Below, one piece after another: positions 6,828-15,886 of a stretch of 28,023 nucleotides of DNA. Every line of letters starts with the position of its first letter. The first letter of the stretch is position 1. The stretch is from a bacterium. GTDB lineage: Bacteria > Omnitrophota > Gorgyraeia > Gygaellales > Profunditerraquicolaceae. The notes below the pieces were generated by a model. The model was not told the DNA's origin and did no database searches. It saw only the letters and a program-made list of their open reading frames with translations. The DNA is taken from contig JBAXNZ010000001.1 in NCBI GenBank assembly GCA_037133515.1, positions 1 through 28,023 of the forward strand, written 5' to 3'. The position numbers and the translations under genes are program-made.

Positions 6828-8027
6828 TTAAATATTTTTTATCTCCGGATAAAATATAGTTATAGCCACGAAAAATAAGGTGCAGATAATTCCGCTAAAC
6901 ATAACCGTTAGAGGCACACCCAAACTATGCGCAAGCGCCCCGGCCAACAGATTTCCAAAAGGCATAAAACCGGCAAAGGTAAACATATAAACGCTCATCA
7001 GCCTGCCTCTGAATTCATCCGGGACCAACTGCTGCAATACGGTATTGATCAGGCTAATAGCAGTTATAGAGGCCCAGCCCAGGAGCATTAAAGCAGCTAA
7101 AGATAATAAATAAGACCTGGAGGATGCAAAGAGCACCAGGGAAATAGAAAATACCATAGCCGAAATAATCAAAAGCCTGCCCTTATGCCTGAAATCCCCT
7201 AACCTAGCCAAGCCCAGGGCAGCAATAAGAGCCCCTACCCCGGTTACCGACATAAGCACCCCCAGGCCTTTAGCACCTACTTTTAAAATATCATTGGCAA
7301 AAACCGGCATAAAAGTGGCGTAAGAAACTCCGAAGAAACTAGTAATGCCCACCATAAACACCAAAATCAGCATGATCCGATGACCCAAGATAAACCTTAA
7401 ACCCTCCATAAGATCATGCACCAAGACTCCTTTATTTTCTCTCTTTGCGCTGCCGCCGTCAATCTTTATCATAAGCAGCGCGATTATGGGAGCCAGGAAA
7501 CTTATTGCGTTAAGATAAAAACACCCGCTCATCCCGATAGTCGCGATAAATATGCCGGCCAAGGCCGGGCCGATCATGCGGCTTGAGTTAAAGGCAGCGG
7601 AGCTTAAGGCTATAGCATTGAGCAGATTCTCCTTACCGACCAGCTCTACTACCACCGATTGGCGGCTGGGGGCATCAAAAGCCATCACCACGCCGTTTAA
7701 TACTGCAATAGCCATAATCTGCCAGGGGGTGATCAATTTAAACTGCGTCAATATTGCCAAGGCAAAAGCCAGGAGCATAAAGGCACACTGAGTGCATAAA
7801 AGTATCTTCTTCTTATCTACTCTATCCGCGACTACCCCCCCGATTAAAGATAGGAGAAATATGGGCGCAGAACCTAAAAAAGCCACCAGCCCCAGAAGAA
7901 ATACGGAATTGGTCAACTGAAAAACCAGCCAGCTCTGCGCAGTCACCTGTATCCAGGTGCCCACCAGAGATATAAGCATTCCGAACCAATAGACTCGGTA
8001 ATTCTTAACTTTTAGTGAAGAGAACAT
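6828..8027 (-). CDS. MFS transporter (MFS_3/EntS-like, DHA3-type exporter)
   Basis: About 12 hydrophobic segments. NYRVYWFGMLISLVGTWIQVTAQSWLV, GGVVADRVDKKKIL (MFS motif A), AFDAPSRQS, VPDEFRGR. Confidence 0.9.
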   Translation of the reverse strand: MFSSLKVKNYRVYWFGMLISLVGTWIQVTAQSWLVFQLTNSVFLLGLVAFLGSAPIFLLSLIGGVVADRVDKKKILLCTQCAFMLLAFALAILTQFKLITPWQIMAIAVLNGVVMAFDAPSRQSVVVELVGKENLLNAIALSSAAFNSSRMIGPALAGIFIATIGMSGCFYLNAISFLAPIIALLMIKIDGGSAKRENKGVLVHDLMEGLRFILGHRIMLILVFMVGITSFFGVSYATFMPVFANDILKVGAKGLGVLMSVTGVGALIAALGLARLGDFRHKGRLLIISAMVFSISLVLFASSRSYLLSLAALMLLGWASITAISLINTVLQQLVPDEFRGRLMSVYMFTFAGFMPFGNLLAGALAHSLGVPLTVMFSGIICTLFFVAITIFYPEIKNI

Positions 8028-8033
8028 AGCCCT

Positions 8034-8645
8034 TTATGACTTTAAAACTGCCTCTCTGCGGCAACGCGGACAAAGTACTTTGATGCGGTCTGAACGTAGG
8101 AGCTCTGACTCACGGAGTTTAAGAGAATCCTCCCTTGAGGCAAGATTCAGGGCATTCAAATAAAATAGCATGAGCGAGGCGTTCGAGAAACACAAGGCCC
8201 CAAGCCTCTTGGCCACCCATAATATCTGGTCTTTGGGCGCTATGATATCCAGGCAACAGTCGCAAAGGGCAATTTCTTTCTCGATAGATTCAAAGAGCGC
8301 TGCGTGCTCTTCGGTCGTGCTCATCTCAAAATCCTGCGAAAGCACTATCCCTTTAGAGGTCGGACAGTTCGCCTGGCACTGGCCGCAGCAGATACACTTA
8401 TCCCAATGCACAACCAGGGTCCTCTTGGCCTTGCCTGACCTCACCTCATCCTTGAATTCTATCGCGCCTGCCGGGCAAACCTGAAAACAGGCAGTGCAGC
8501 CGATACAATCCTCTTTATGAAAATGCGGGGCGCCGCGGAATCTTTCATACGGCTTATGCGGCTCGTAAGGGAACCTGCTGGTATAGGGACCTTTAAATAT
8601 TGCCCTTATCGCCTCTTTTAATTCGCGTATTTTAGGATAACGCAT
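8034..8645 (-). CDS. mbhN: 2x[4Fe-4S] subunit of the membrane hydrogenase (MbhN/HycF/NuoI-like)
   Basis: Start moved to ATG 8645 (GAGGA SD 8 nt upstream; MRYPK...KGPYTSRFP...RFRGAP). Contains CIGCTACFQVCP and CICCGQCQANCP, plus a C-terminal CDCC...CPRC pair. Confidence 0.88.
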   Translation of the reverse strand: MRYPKIRELKEAIRAIFKGPYTSRFPYEPHKPYERFRGAPHFHKEDCIGCTACFQVCPAGAIEFKDEVRSGKAKRTLVVHWDKCICCGQCQANCPTSKGIVLSQDFEMSTTEEHAALFESIEKEIALCDCCLDIIAPKDQILWVAKRLGALCFSNASLMLFYLNALNLASREDSLKLRESELLRSDRIKVLCPRCRREAVLKS

Positions 8646-8967
8646 CTTTATCATCCTCGTATTTATCGCATACTGATTTATCCCACAGTTTGACGCCAGA
8701 GCGGTGCGTGGCGCGCGCCAAGGCATGCGCAGAAACAGGAGAGGTAAGCAAAAGAAATACGATACAGATAAGCGCCTTGACGCCGGCTGCGGTAAACCCG
8801 AATTTTATCAATACGCCAAAGAGTATGCCGCAGGTGCCCAAGGTCACGCATTTGGTAGAGGCCTGCAGGCGGTTATAGATATCCGGCATGCGCACCAGCC
8901 CTATGCAGCCGAATAGGTCAAAGGTAATGCCTACTATAATAAATATAAGCGCTATGATCTCATGCAT
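8632..8967 (-). CDS. mnhG: Na+/H+ antiporter subunit G (MrpG/MnhG/MbhC)
   Basis: Start moved to ATG 8967. GCIGLVRMPDIYNRLQASTKCVTLG and LLLTSPVSAHALARA. Confidence 0.92.
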   Translation of the reverse strand: MHEIIALIFIIVGITFDLFGCIGLVRMPDIYNRLQASTKCVTLGTCGILFGVLIKFGFTAAGVKALICIVFLLLTSPVSAHALARATHRSGVKLWDKSVCDKYEDDKDALS

Positions 8968-9298
8968 CGAAACTCTTCCCCTCAATAAATTTAGCCAGGG
9001 CCAGTGCACCGATAAAACTCTGCAGGCCCCAGGCAATAGCGATATCCATATACCAATCTCGGCCGGTATAGACTGCCAGGATAGCGCAGAAACCTATAAC
9101 CAGTATGCCTAATACATCCGTAGCTATGGCCCTATCTGCAGGAGTAGGGCCCTTAAGTATCCTAAAGAGTGAAAGTAAAAATGAAATTAAAAGATAGAGC
9201 ATGAGCTTAGCCTGTAGGTCTACTTTAAGATAGGCAAATATAAAAATAATTGCCCCTGCCAGAAAGATAAAACCTAACAGCCAGCGAAAAAACCTCAT
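8960..9298 (-). CDS. mnhF: Na+/H+ antiporter subunit F (MrpF/MnhF/MbhB)
   Basis: RILKGPTPADRAIATDVLG and YMDIAIAWGLQSFIGALALAKF. Confidence 0.92.
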   Translation of the reverse strand: MRFFRWLLGFIFLAGAIIFIFAYLKVDLQAKLMLYLLISFLLSLFRILKGPTPADRAIATDVLGILVIGFCAILAVYTGRDWYMDIAIAWGLQSFIGALALAKFIEGKSFDA

Positions 9299-9789
9299 TC
9301 GAATACCTCTTTCAATATCTTTTCAAACTTCGAGACTATTATCTTAGATGCCTCCTCTATATCCTGGGTCTTGACGTCTATCCAGTGTATATATAGGCAG
9401 CCGTTCTCCTGATCGATATCTACGGACAATGTCCCGGGGGTAAGGGTGATAAAATTAGCCAGGAAGGCAAGGCCGGTCTCGGTCTTCAATATAGTCTTTA
9501 CCTTGACAATCCCCGGGTTAATAGGCAAGCGCGGATGCAGGACCCTTGAGGCAACATCTATATTTGACTTAAAACACTCCCAGGCAAAAACCAGGATATA
9601 GTATATAAACCAAACATAGCGGTGCGGGTGGAACCATTTCTTAGGGTAGCTGGTAAACATATCTCCCATCATAAGAGCGACTATTAAAGAAACAAGCGCC
9701 CCGATTAGGATATGCTGCCAATCAAGGCTAAAGCAAAGCAAGGTCCATATTAAAAGAGAGATCACAAATGTGACTACCCTGGAATACAT
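9295..9789 (-). CDS. mnhE: Na+/H+ antiporter subunit E (MrpE/MnhE/MbhA)
   Basis: SNIDVASRVLHP..PINPGIV, LANFITLTPGTLSVDI, LYIHWID. Confidence 0.94.
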   Translation of the reverse strand: MYSRVVTFVISLLIWTLLCFSLDWQHILIGALVSLIVALMMGDMFTSYPKKWFHPHRYVWFIYYILVFAWECFKSNIDVASRVLHPRLPINPGIVKVKTILKTETGLAFLANFITLTPGTLSVDIDQENGCLYIHWIDVKTQDIEEASKIIVSKFEKILKEVFE

Positions 9790-9794
9790 CTTTT

Positions 9795-11270
9795 CTAACC
9801 TCCTAAAATCAACCTGGCGTAATCCCTACCTTCAAGCAATACTGCTGCCGCAGGTTTTATTATCATATCGACAAAGGGGACAAAAAATAACCCTACCAGG
9901 ATGCAAAGTAAGGCCAAGGCCAGCATAGAAAACCTCATAAAAACAGGGGCTTCTTTAACCGTTAAAGCCGCCTGCTCTATTTTACGCATAAAGGCATACT
10001 TCTGCACTTTTAAAAATGAGGCTAAAGTCACCATAGCTACCAGTATACAGACTACTGCGCCGAAGATATTATTCGCCTGGAAGGCAGCGATGATGATCAT
10101 AAGCTTACTCCAGAAACCGCAGAAAGGCGGTATCCCGGCAATAGAAAAAGAGGCGACTAAAGAGGTAGCGCTAGTTACAGGCATAGACTGATAAAGCCCT
10201 CCCAGCTTCTCTAGCCTTCTTGTCCCTGTAGAATACTCAACAGCCCCTGAGTTTAAGAAAAGCAGGGATTTGAAAAGTGAGTGATTAAAAAGATGGAATA
10301 GCCCTGCCGTAATCCCCAGGGGTGTGCCCAGGCCTATTGCAAATACCACATATCCGATCTGGCTTATGGAATGGTAAGCCAGGAGCCTCTTAAAGTCCCA
10401 CTGTCCTATGGCAAGCAATACACCCGCAGCCATTGAGAGTATCCCCAGCCAGATAAATATCTTAGAGACTATTAGGCTAAAGCCGATAATATTAAAGATC
10501 ACCCTGATTAATGCATAAACACCCACTATCTTGATCACTACTCCGGAGAGCATCGCTGACATAGGAGCCGGAGCAGCAGGATGCGCATCCGGAAGCCAGG
10601 CATGCAAAGGCACCAGGGCAGTCTTTAAACCGAAACCCATAATAAAAAGTGCTGTCGAGTAAAGTATGAGATTCGACGATGCTGCGGCATTTAGCGAACG
10701 GCTGATATCTGCCATATTTAAAGTAGAGACGCATCCCAAGAGCATACCGATAGCCAGAAGTATCAGGGTATCGGCAACGCTACCTAAAACCAGATATTTA
10801 AAAGCAGCCTCTAACTCTTCTGCCTCTGTGCCAAAGGCAATCAAAGAATAACAGGCAATAGAGGTTATCTCAAGGAATACAAAAAGATTAAACAGGTCTC
10901 CGCTGATTACGATCCCGTTTAATCCCGCTAATAAAAGACAGAATAAAGTATAGTATAGGTAAGTAGAGGTATATCTTTTGATGTAATCTACGGAATAAAC
11001 CAGGGCTAGAAAACCTATCAGGTTCACTACTAATAACATGAGCACCGTAAGGCCATCTAGCACCATACAGATACCAAAAGGCGGCGGCCATCCTCCCACA
11101 TGATAAATCTTAAGGCCTCCCCTTAACCAATAAATGCTGCAGATGGAAAAGAACAAAAGCAGGCCTGCCCCCAGGTTTGCCACGAGCGCAGCTAACCCTT
11201 GGCGAAACTTAGCTAATATAGGTATCAAAAACGCAGCCCCTAGAGGTATAATCACAAAAACAGGTAACAT
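9795..11270 (-). CDS. mnhD: Antiporter-like membrane subunit, MrpD/MbhH type
   Basis: FVFLEITS (TM5 Glu134), GLKTALVPLHAWLPDAHPAAPAPMSAMLSGVVIK, KRLLAYHSISQIGY, GFWSK. Confidence 0.92.
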   Translation of the reverse strand: MLPVFVIIPLGAAFLIPILAKFRQGLAALVANLGAGLLLFFSICSIYWLRGGLKIYHVGGWPPPFGICMVLDGLTVLMLLVVNLIGFLALVYSVDYIKRYTSTYLYYTLFCLLLAGLNGIVISGDLFNLFVFLEITSIACYSLIAFGTEAEELEAAFKYLVLGSVADTLILLAIGMLLGCVSTLNMADISRSLNAAASSNLILYSTALFIMGFGLKTALVPLHAWLPDAHPAAPAPMSAMLSGVVIKIVGVYALIRVIFNIIGFSLIVSKIFIWLGILSMAAGVLLAIGQWDFKRLLAYHSISQIGYVVFAIGLGTPLGITAGLFHLFNHSLFKSLLFLNSGAVEYSTGTRRLEKLGGLYQSMPVTSATSLVASFSIAGIPPFCGFWSKLMIIIAAFQANNIFGAVVCILVAMVTLASFLKVQKYAFMRKIEQAALTVKEAPVFMRFSMLALALLCILVGLFFVPFVDMIIKPAAAVLLEGRDYARLILGG

Positions 11271-11274
11271 ATTC

Positions 11275-11613
11275 TTAGCCCTTCAATCTGCGTATCTCGT
11301 TAATATCAAAGGTGCGGTATTTTTCGTAGATGCGCACCGTAATCGCAACCATCAGCGCCGTAACACCCAGGCCGATAACAATAGAGGTAAGAATGAGCGC
11401 CTGCGGCAGGGGATCGACAAAATTAGTAATAGGGGTATCCTTACTTAATATCGGAGCCTCCCCTCCTTTAGTGTAACCTAAAAGAATAAAAAAGAGGTTT
11501 ACGGCATATTCAGTAATGCCTAGCCCTACTATTTTCTTAATCAGGTTCTTTTTAACTATAAGGCAATACAGGCCTATGGCAAATAGAATCAGGCAAAGGA
11601 TATAAAGACTCAT
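11275..11613 (-). CDS. mnhC: Na+/H+ antiporter subunit C (MrpC/MnhC/MbhG)
   Basis: KKNLIKKIVGL, APIL, VDPLPQALILTSIVIG. Confidence 0.94.
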   Translation of the reverse strand: MSLYILCLILFAIGLYCLIVKKNLIKKIVGLGITEYAVNLFFILLGYTKGGEAPILSKDTPITNFVDPLPQALILTSIVIGLGVTALMVAITVRIYEKYRTFDINEIRRLKG

Positions 11614-12074
11614 CTGTTTTCTCCTTTTTTCTCTTCTGGAGGCAGCCTTATAAAAGCCAGGGCAAGAAATATAGCAAATAACCCTGCTCCCACTTTTAAG
11701 AATATAGCGATATTACAGAAAATAATTATCCCGGAGCTGAATAAGTCAAAGGGCCTGCCCTTGGGTAGAATATTCAAAAAGAAGTAGCTGCCGAATATAA
11801 GGCCTAGCAGCGCCAAACCCCAGAACATAAGCCCGCCCAAAGATTCAATGATTGAGACGGTTGCCTGGCTCATCTTCTTTAAGGCAACCTCCTTGCCGAA
11901 GGCAAGCACCAGGTGAATAAAAGAAAGCGCGATGATCACCCCTCCGGCAAAGCCTCCTCCGGGAGTAAGGTGGCCGTGCAGGACGATATAGACGCCAAAT
12001 AAGAAAATAAGGCTTACTGTAATCTTGGTAATGCGCTTAACTATCAAAGACATCCCGCTATTATCTTCTTTCAC
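11610..12074 (-). CDS. mnhB: Na+/H+ antiporter subunit B (MrpB/MnhB/MbhF)
   Basis: YIVLHGHLTPGGGFAGGVI. Confidence 0.93.
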   Translation of the reverse strand: MKEDNSGMSLIVKRITKITVSLIFLFGVYIVLHGHLTPGGGFAGGVIIALSFIHLVLAFGKEVALKKMSQATVSIIESLGGLMFWGLALLGLIFGSYFFLNILPKGRPFDLFSSGIIIFCNIAIFLKVGAGLFAIFLALAFIRLPPEEKKGENR

Positions 12075-12589
12075 GTTTTTCTTCCTTTTATCCTTAATAC
12101 CGCCAACACGCCTATTACCGAAGTAAATAATATGGTGGCCTCGCCTAACGTATCATAACCCCTGAAATCCAGGATAACGGCAGCCACGATATTGGCCGCT
12201 CCGGTTTTGGCTAATGCCTCTTTTATATACAGAGAGCCCATCTTCATTATAGGAAAACCAAAAACAGGAAGCTGGGCCAGGGCCTTGTAACTGAAAAATA
12301 AAAAAAGGGCAGCAAATACGAGCGCAAAGACAAAATAACCTATCCTGGTGGCTATCCTCTCCCTGGGCAGGCTTACGCCCACAGTAGCCCTGATCAGTAT
12401 AATCAAAGATAATATCTCAACTACCAGCTGCGTAATCGCAAGGTCCGGCGCGCGAAGCAGGAGGAACTCCAAGGTAAGCCCTATGCCCACGGCACCCAGG
12501 GCAATGACGCTAGAAAGCATATCCTCAAGCTCCATAGCTACCACTGCCCCGATAATCATCAATATTAATATTACATGTAACTCTATCAT
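12071..12589 (-). CDS. Fused MbhD (DUF4040)-MbhE subunit, equivalent to the C-terminal part of MrpA
   Basis: Start moved to ATG 12589, 1 nt after the upstream stop. LRAPDLAITQLVVE (DUF4040) and GAANIVAAVILDFRGYDTLGEATILF (MbhE). Confidence 0.88.
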   Translation of the reverse strand: MIELHVILILMIIGAVVAMELEDMLSSVIALGAVGIGLTLEFLLLRAPDLAITQLVVEILSLIILIRATVGVSLPRERIATRIGYFVFALVFAALFLFFSYKALAQLPVFGFPIMKMGSLYIKEALAKTGAANIVAAVILDFRGYDTLGEATILFTSVIGVLAVLRIKGRKT

Positions 12590-12590
12590 C

Positions 12591-14495
12591 TCATCTAACC
12601 ATAAGAATAATAAACATAACCAGAAGCCCAAGCAAGCTCCAGACCAGATATAAATCCAGGACCCCGGAGTGCAGTTTACGCAATAGCCAGCTTAAACCCA
12701 GAACCAGATAGCCGGTGAGGCTAGTCAACAGGTTTATAAAACGGTCAACCAGAATAAATAAAAGGTAAGCCAGAAACCTAAGAGAGCCGTTCAAAAGGTT
12801 ATATAAGTCCAAGGCCTCAAACTGCATAAGCGAATATAGCTTTTTTATAGGGGGGAGTTCCTCTATGGTGCGATAAAAATGCGTGGCAGGAAAGTCCGGG
12901 CCAAATACCGGCTCCTCTCCTCCGATAAAAAAGTTATCCGTTCTTAATTTTTTAGATTTCAAGCCCTGCCAGAAGATAAGGCCCAATAAAAGGCCTACCC
13001 CCAGGAGCCCGGCTGCAAGCTGGCTATTCCATGCGCCGATAAAAATAATCTCAAGGCCCAGCCAGGGCTGAATAAAATATTTTAAGAACAACCCCGGCAT
13101 AATCCCTAATAAAAGGCATAGGCCCGCGAGCACCAGAACAGAAAACCTCATCCCCGAAGATACCTCCCCTGTATTTTTCTTATCTTGGGAACTCTCCTGG
13201 CCTAAGAATACCGCATGGATAAACTTGATAAAACTGGCCAGGGTCAGGGCACTTCCGAACATCGCAGCTATTAAGGCAAAGATATAAATGAAACGCATAA
13301 CCGCGCCCTCTGAATTAAAAAGCCCAAGCAACACGCCCTGATAAAGCATCCACTTGGAGGCAAATCCGTTAAAAGGAGGGACACCTGAGATGGATAAGGC
13401 AAAACAGACCCCACAGGCAAAGGTTATAGGCATATAAGCAGCCAGGCCGCCTAATTTGTCCAGGTCAAAGGTCTTTCTCTTTTCTCCGACGGAGCCGGCG
13501 GTCAGGAATAATCCGCTTTTGTAGATAGCGTTATTGATCATATGAAAGATCCCGGCAGCTATCCCTAGGCTGGTGCCTGTGCCGAATCCTAAGACCATAT
13601 AACCTACCTGGCTTACCGCGTGAAAAGAGAGCAGCTTCCTGGCATCATGCTGTATAAGAGCCAACATCACCGCAAAGATTATAGTTAAACTGCCTAAGAC
13701 TAATAAAATTACCGCAATTACTTTATTAAAAACAAAAAAGTCTACTGAGATCCTGGCTAAAAGATATATGCCCAGCAATTTATCTAAAGAAGCGGGTAAT
13801 ATCGCCATTGCCGGTATTGGCGCCTCCTCTGCTGCCTGGGGTATCCAGGTGTGAAACGGCGCGCATCCGGCCTTAGCCAGGGCGCCTATAAGCATAAGGA
13901 TAAAGGCGAGCCAACCCAGCGGCTGATTCAAAAGCAACTTTGCCGTCTGATTATCAGGCATAATAGTGCTTCCTGTAACAAAGACATAAAAGCATACCCC
14001 TAAGATTAAGGAAAAATCAGCCATACCTACGATAGAGAGTGCCTTTTTGGCGCTTGAGCCTGAGCCTAAACTTAAAAAGGCATAAAGAAGTACCAGGGTC
14101 GCTCCCCAGGAGAAGATAAAAAGGATGAAATCTGCCGATAAGCAGACCAGATTAGAGAAGGCAATCAGAGAAAGCAGATAAAGAAAATAGGGCCTTCTGT
14201 TTTTCACTTCTGTATAATCTGCGGAATAAAGACAGACCAATAATCCGAAGAGATTGCTAAAAACCAGTATAAGCCCGGAGAGCTTATTTAAACCTAACAA
14301 CAGACTATAGTCTCCTATCAGGTTTAGGCTAAGGCCTTGCGCTGGTTTTATAAATAAAAGGACTGAACTCGCCAGAGATATACTTAAGATTAATAGCGCG
14401 AGCCCCTTCCTTAGGCCTTCTGATTTAAAAACCATAAGCAAAAAGCCTGAGCATATCGGCAATATGGTTAAGAAAAATAAATAGCGCGTCATCAT
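12591..14495 (-). CDS. Long antiporter-like membrane subunit (NuoL/HyfB/MbxH'-like) with C-terminal extension
   Basis: AKAGCAPFHTWIPQAAEEAP, ASLDKLLGIY, RKLLSFHAVSQVGY, PPFNGFASKW. A hydrophilic, probably amphipathic stretch precedes a final TM. The TM5 Glu position is Gly131. Confidence 0.88.
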   Translation of the reverse strand: MMTRYLFFLTILPICSGFLLMVFKSEGLRKGLALLILSISLASSVLLFIKPAQGLSLNLIGDYSLLLGLNKLSGLILVFSNLFGLLVCLYSADYTEVKNRRPYFLYLLSLIAFSNLVCLSADFILFIFSWGATLVLLYAFLSLGSGSSAKKALSIVGMADFSLILGVCFYVFVTGSTIMPDNQTAKLLLNQPLGWLAFILMLIGALAKAGCAPFHTWIPQAAEEAPIPAMAILPASLDKLLGIYLLARISVDFFVFNKVIAVILLVLGSLTIIFAVMLALIQHDARKLLSFHAVSQVGYMVLGFGTGTSLGIAAGIFHMINNAIYKSGLFLTAGSVGEKRKTFDLDKLGGLAAYMPITFACGVCFALSISGVPPFNGFASKWMLYQGVLLGLFNSEGAVMRFIYIFALIAAMFGSALTLASFIKFIHAVFLGQESSQDKKNTGEVSSGMRFSVLVLAGLCLLLGIMPGLFLKYFIQPWLGLEIIFIGAWNSQLAAGLLGVGLLLGLIFWQGLKSKKLRTDNFFIGGEEPVFGPDFPATHFYRTIEELPPIKKLYSLMQFEALDLYNLLNGSLRFLAYLLFILVDRFINLLTSLTGYLVLGLSWLLRKLHSGVLDLYLVWSLLGLLVMFIILMVR

Positions 14496-15886
14496 TTTAT
14501 AAGACTACTTACTAAATTAAGCGGCAATTTAACTACCAACCCTAAAAATAAAGAAAGTACGCATAGAATGAGAACTACCGCTACCATAAAAGACCCTCCG
14601 TCCTCCTGGGCCTGGATCTTGACCTCTCCCAGAAAGACGCATTCAAATAATCTCATCAGATAAAATAAGGTAAACAAGGCACCTATGACCATAGCTGTGC
14701 CGGCCAAGAGATACCCTGCCTTGAAAGAAAGCAGCACTACCATAAGCTTGGGCCAGAAACCTAAAAAAGGCGGGATCCCGATGATAGAAAAAGCGCAGAG
14801 AAGATAAGCCGTGGCAGTATAAGGCATGCTCTTTAACAGGCCGCCTAATTCATTTATGTTTTTGCTGCCGGTTTTATGCTCTATGATGCCTGCGCACAAA
14901 AACAGTCCTGCCTTAGCCAGGCTGTGCGCCAGGATATAAACAAGCGCTATCTTAAAAGAAATGCTGGTATTCAGTGCCAGGGCAAGCAGTATATAACCCA
15001 GCTGGCTGATAGTAGAATAAGCCAGGATCCTCTTCATATTCTTTTCAACCAGGGCAGAGCCGGCAGCTACAATTATAGTGATGACGCTGATCAGAATAGC
15101 GCTATTAAGGAATAAGGGGCTTGAAACAAAGGTCAGGCTAAAAAGCCTGGCAAAGGCATAGATACCGATCTTGACTAAAACCGCGGCATGCAAAAGCGCG
15201 GTTACCGGCGTAGGCGCGACCCCCGCATCAGGAAGCCAACTCTGCAGGGGAAGCTGCGCGGATTTTGAGATTATCCCGGCTAAAAACAAAAACGCTACCA
15301 GGTTCGCCAGAGATACCCCCTTTAAAACGCTAAGCTCTAGGGTGCCGTAATTAAGATAGACTAAAACTATAGCGGCTAAGAAAAGCGAGGCGCCGAAGAA
15401 AGTAACCAGAAAGGCCTTATCCGCGGCCTTGAGGTCTTTCTCCCCGCGGTAAAAACCGATCAGCCTCCAGGAGCATACTGATGTAATCTCCCAGAAACAG
15501 AAAAGAAGCAGGAGGTTAGCTGAAAAAACCAGGCCGGTCATGCTGCCTAAGAATAAGACCATCCAGAAATAAAACGAGCCGTTTTCTTCATAATCACGCA
15601 TATATTCCAGGGAATAAAGCGCGATCAAGAATCCTACCAAAAGCGAGACCGAGGCCATAAATACCGCCAGGCCGTCTGCCATAAAAGATAAACTTAGCCA
15701 ACTGTTAAGGTAGCGGTAGAATATAATCTCTTTTCCTTTTAAGAATACTGCGGCGAGTAAAAGACTGAACAAAAATGCGCTACCTAAAATCAGAACCGAG
15801 GCAGGGGCTTTATATCTCTTAGGCAGGCCATAAACTAAGAGGCTGCCTAAGATCGGAAAGAATATTACCGTCAATAACAGTTTCAT
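14492..15886 (-). CDS. Antiporter-like membrane subunit, NuoL/MrpA-type core without lateral helix
   Basis: FWEITS (Glu133), SKSAQLPLQSWLPDAGVAPTPVTALLHAA, KRILAYSTISQLGY, GFWPK. Confidence 0.9.
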   Translation of the reverse strand: MKLLLTVIFFPILGSLLVYGLPKRYKAPASVLILGSAFLFSLLLAAVFLKGKEIIFYRYLNSWLSLSFMADGLAVFMASVSLLVGFLIALYSLEYMRDYEENGSFYFWMVLFLGSMTGLVFSANLLLLFCFWEITSVCSWRLIGFYRGEKDLKAADKAFLVTFFGASLFLAAIVLVYLNYGTLELSVLKGVSLANLVAFLFLAGIISKSAQLPLQSWLPDAGVAPTPVTALLHAAVLVKIGIYAFARLFSLTFVSSPLFLNSAILISVITIIVAAGSALVEKNMKRILAYSTISQLGYILLALALNTSISFKIALVYILAHSLAKAGLFLCAGIIEHKTGSKNINELGGLLKSMPYTATAYLLCAFSIIGIPPFLGFWPKLMVVLLSFKAGYLLAGTAMVIGALFTLFYLMRLFECVFLGEVKIQAQEDGGSFMVAVVLILCVLSLFLGLVVKLPLNLVSSLIK

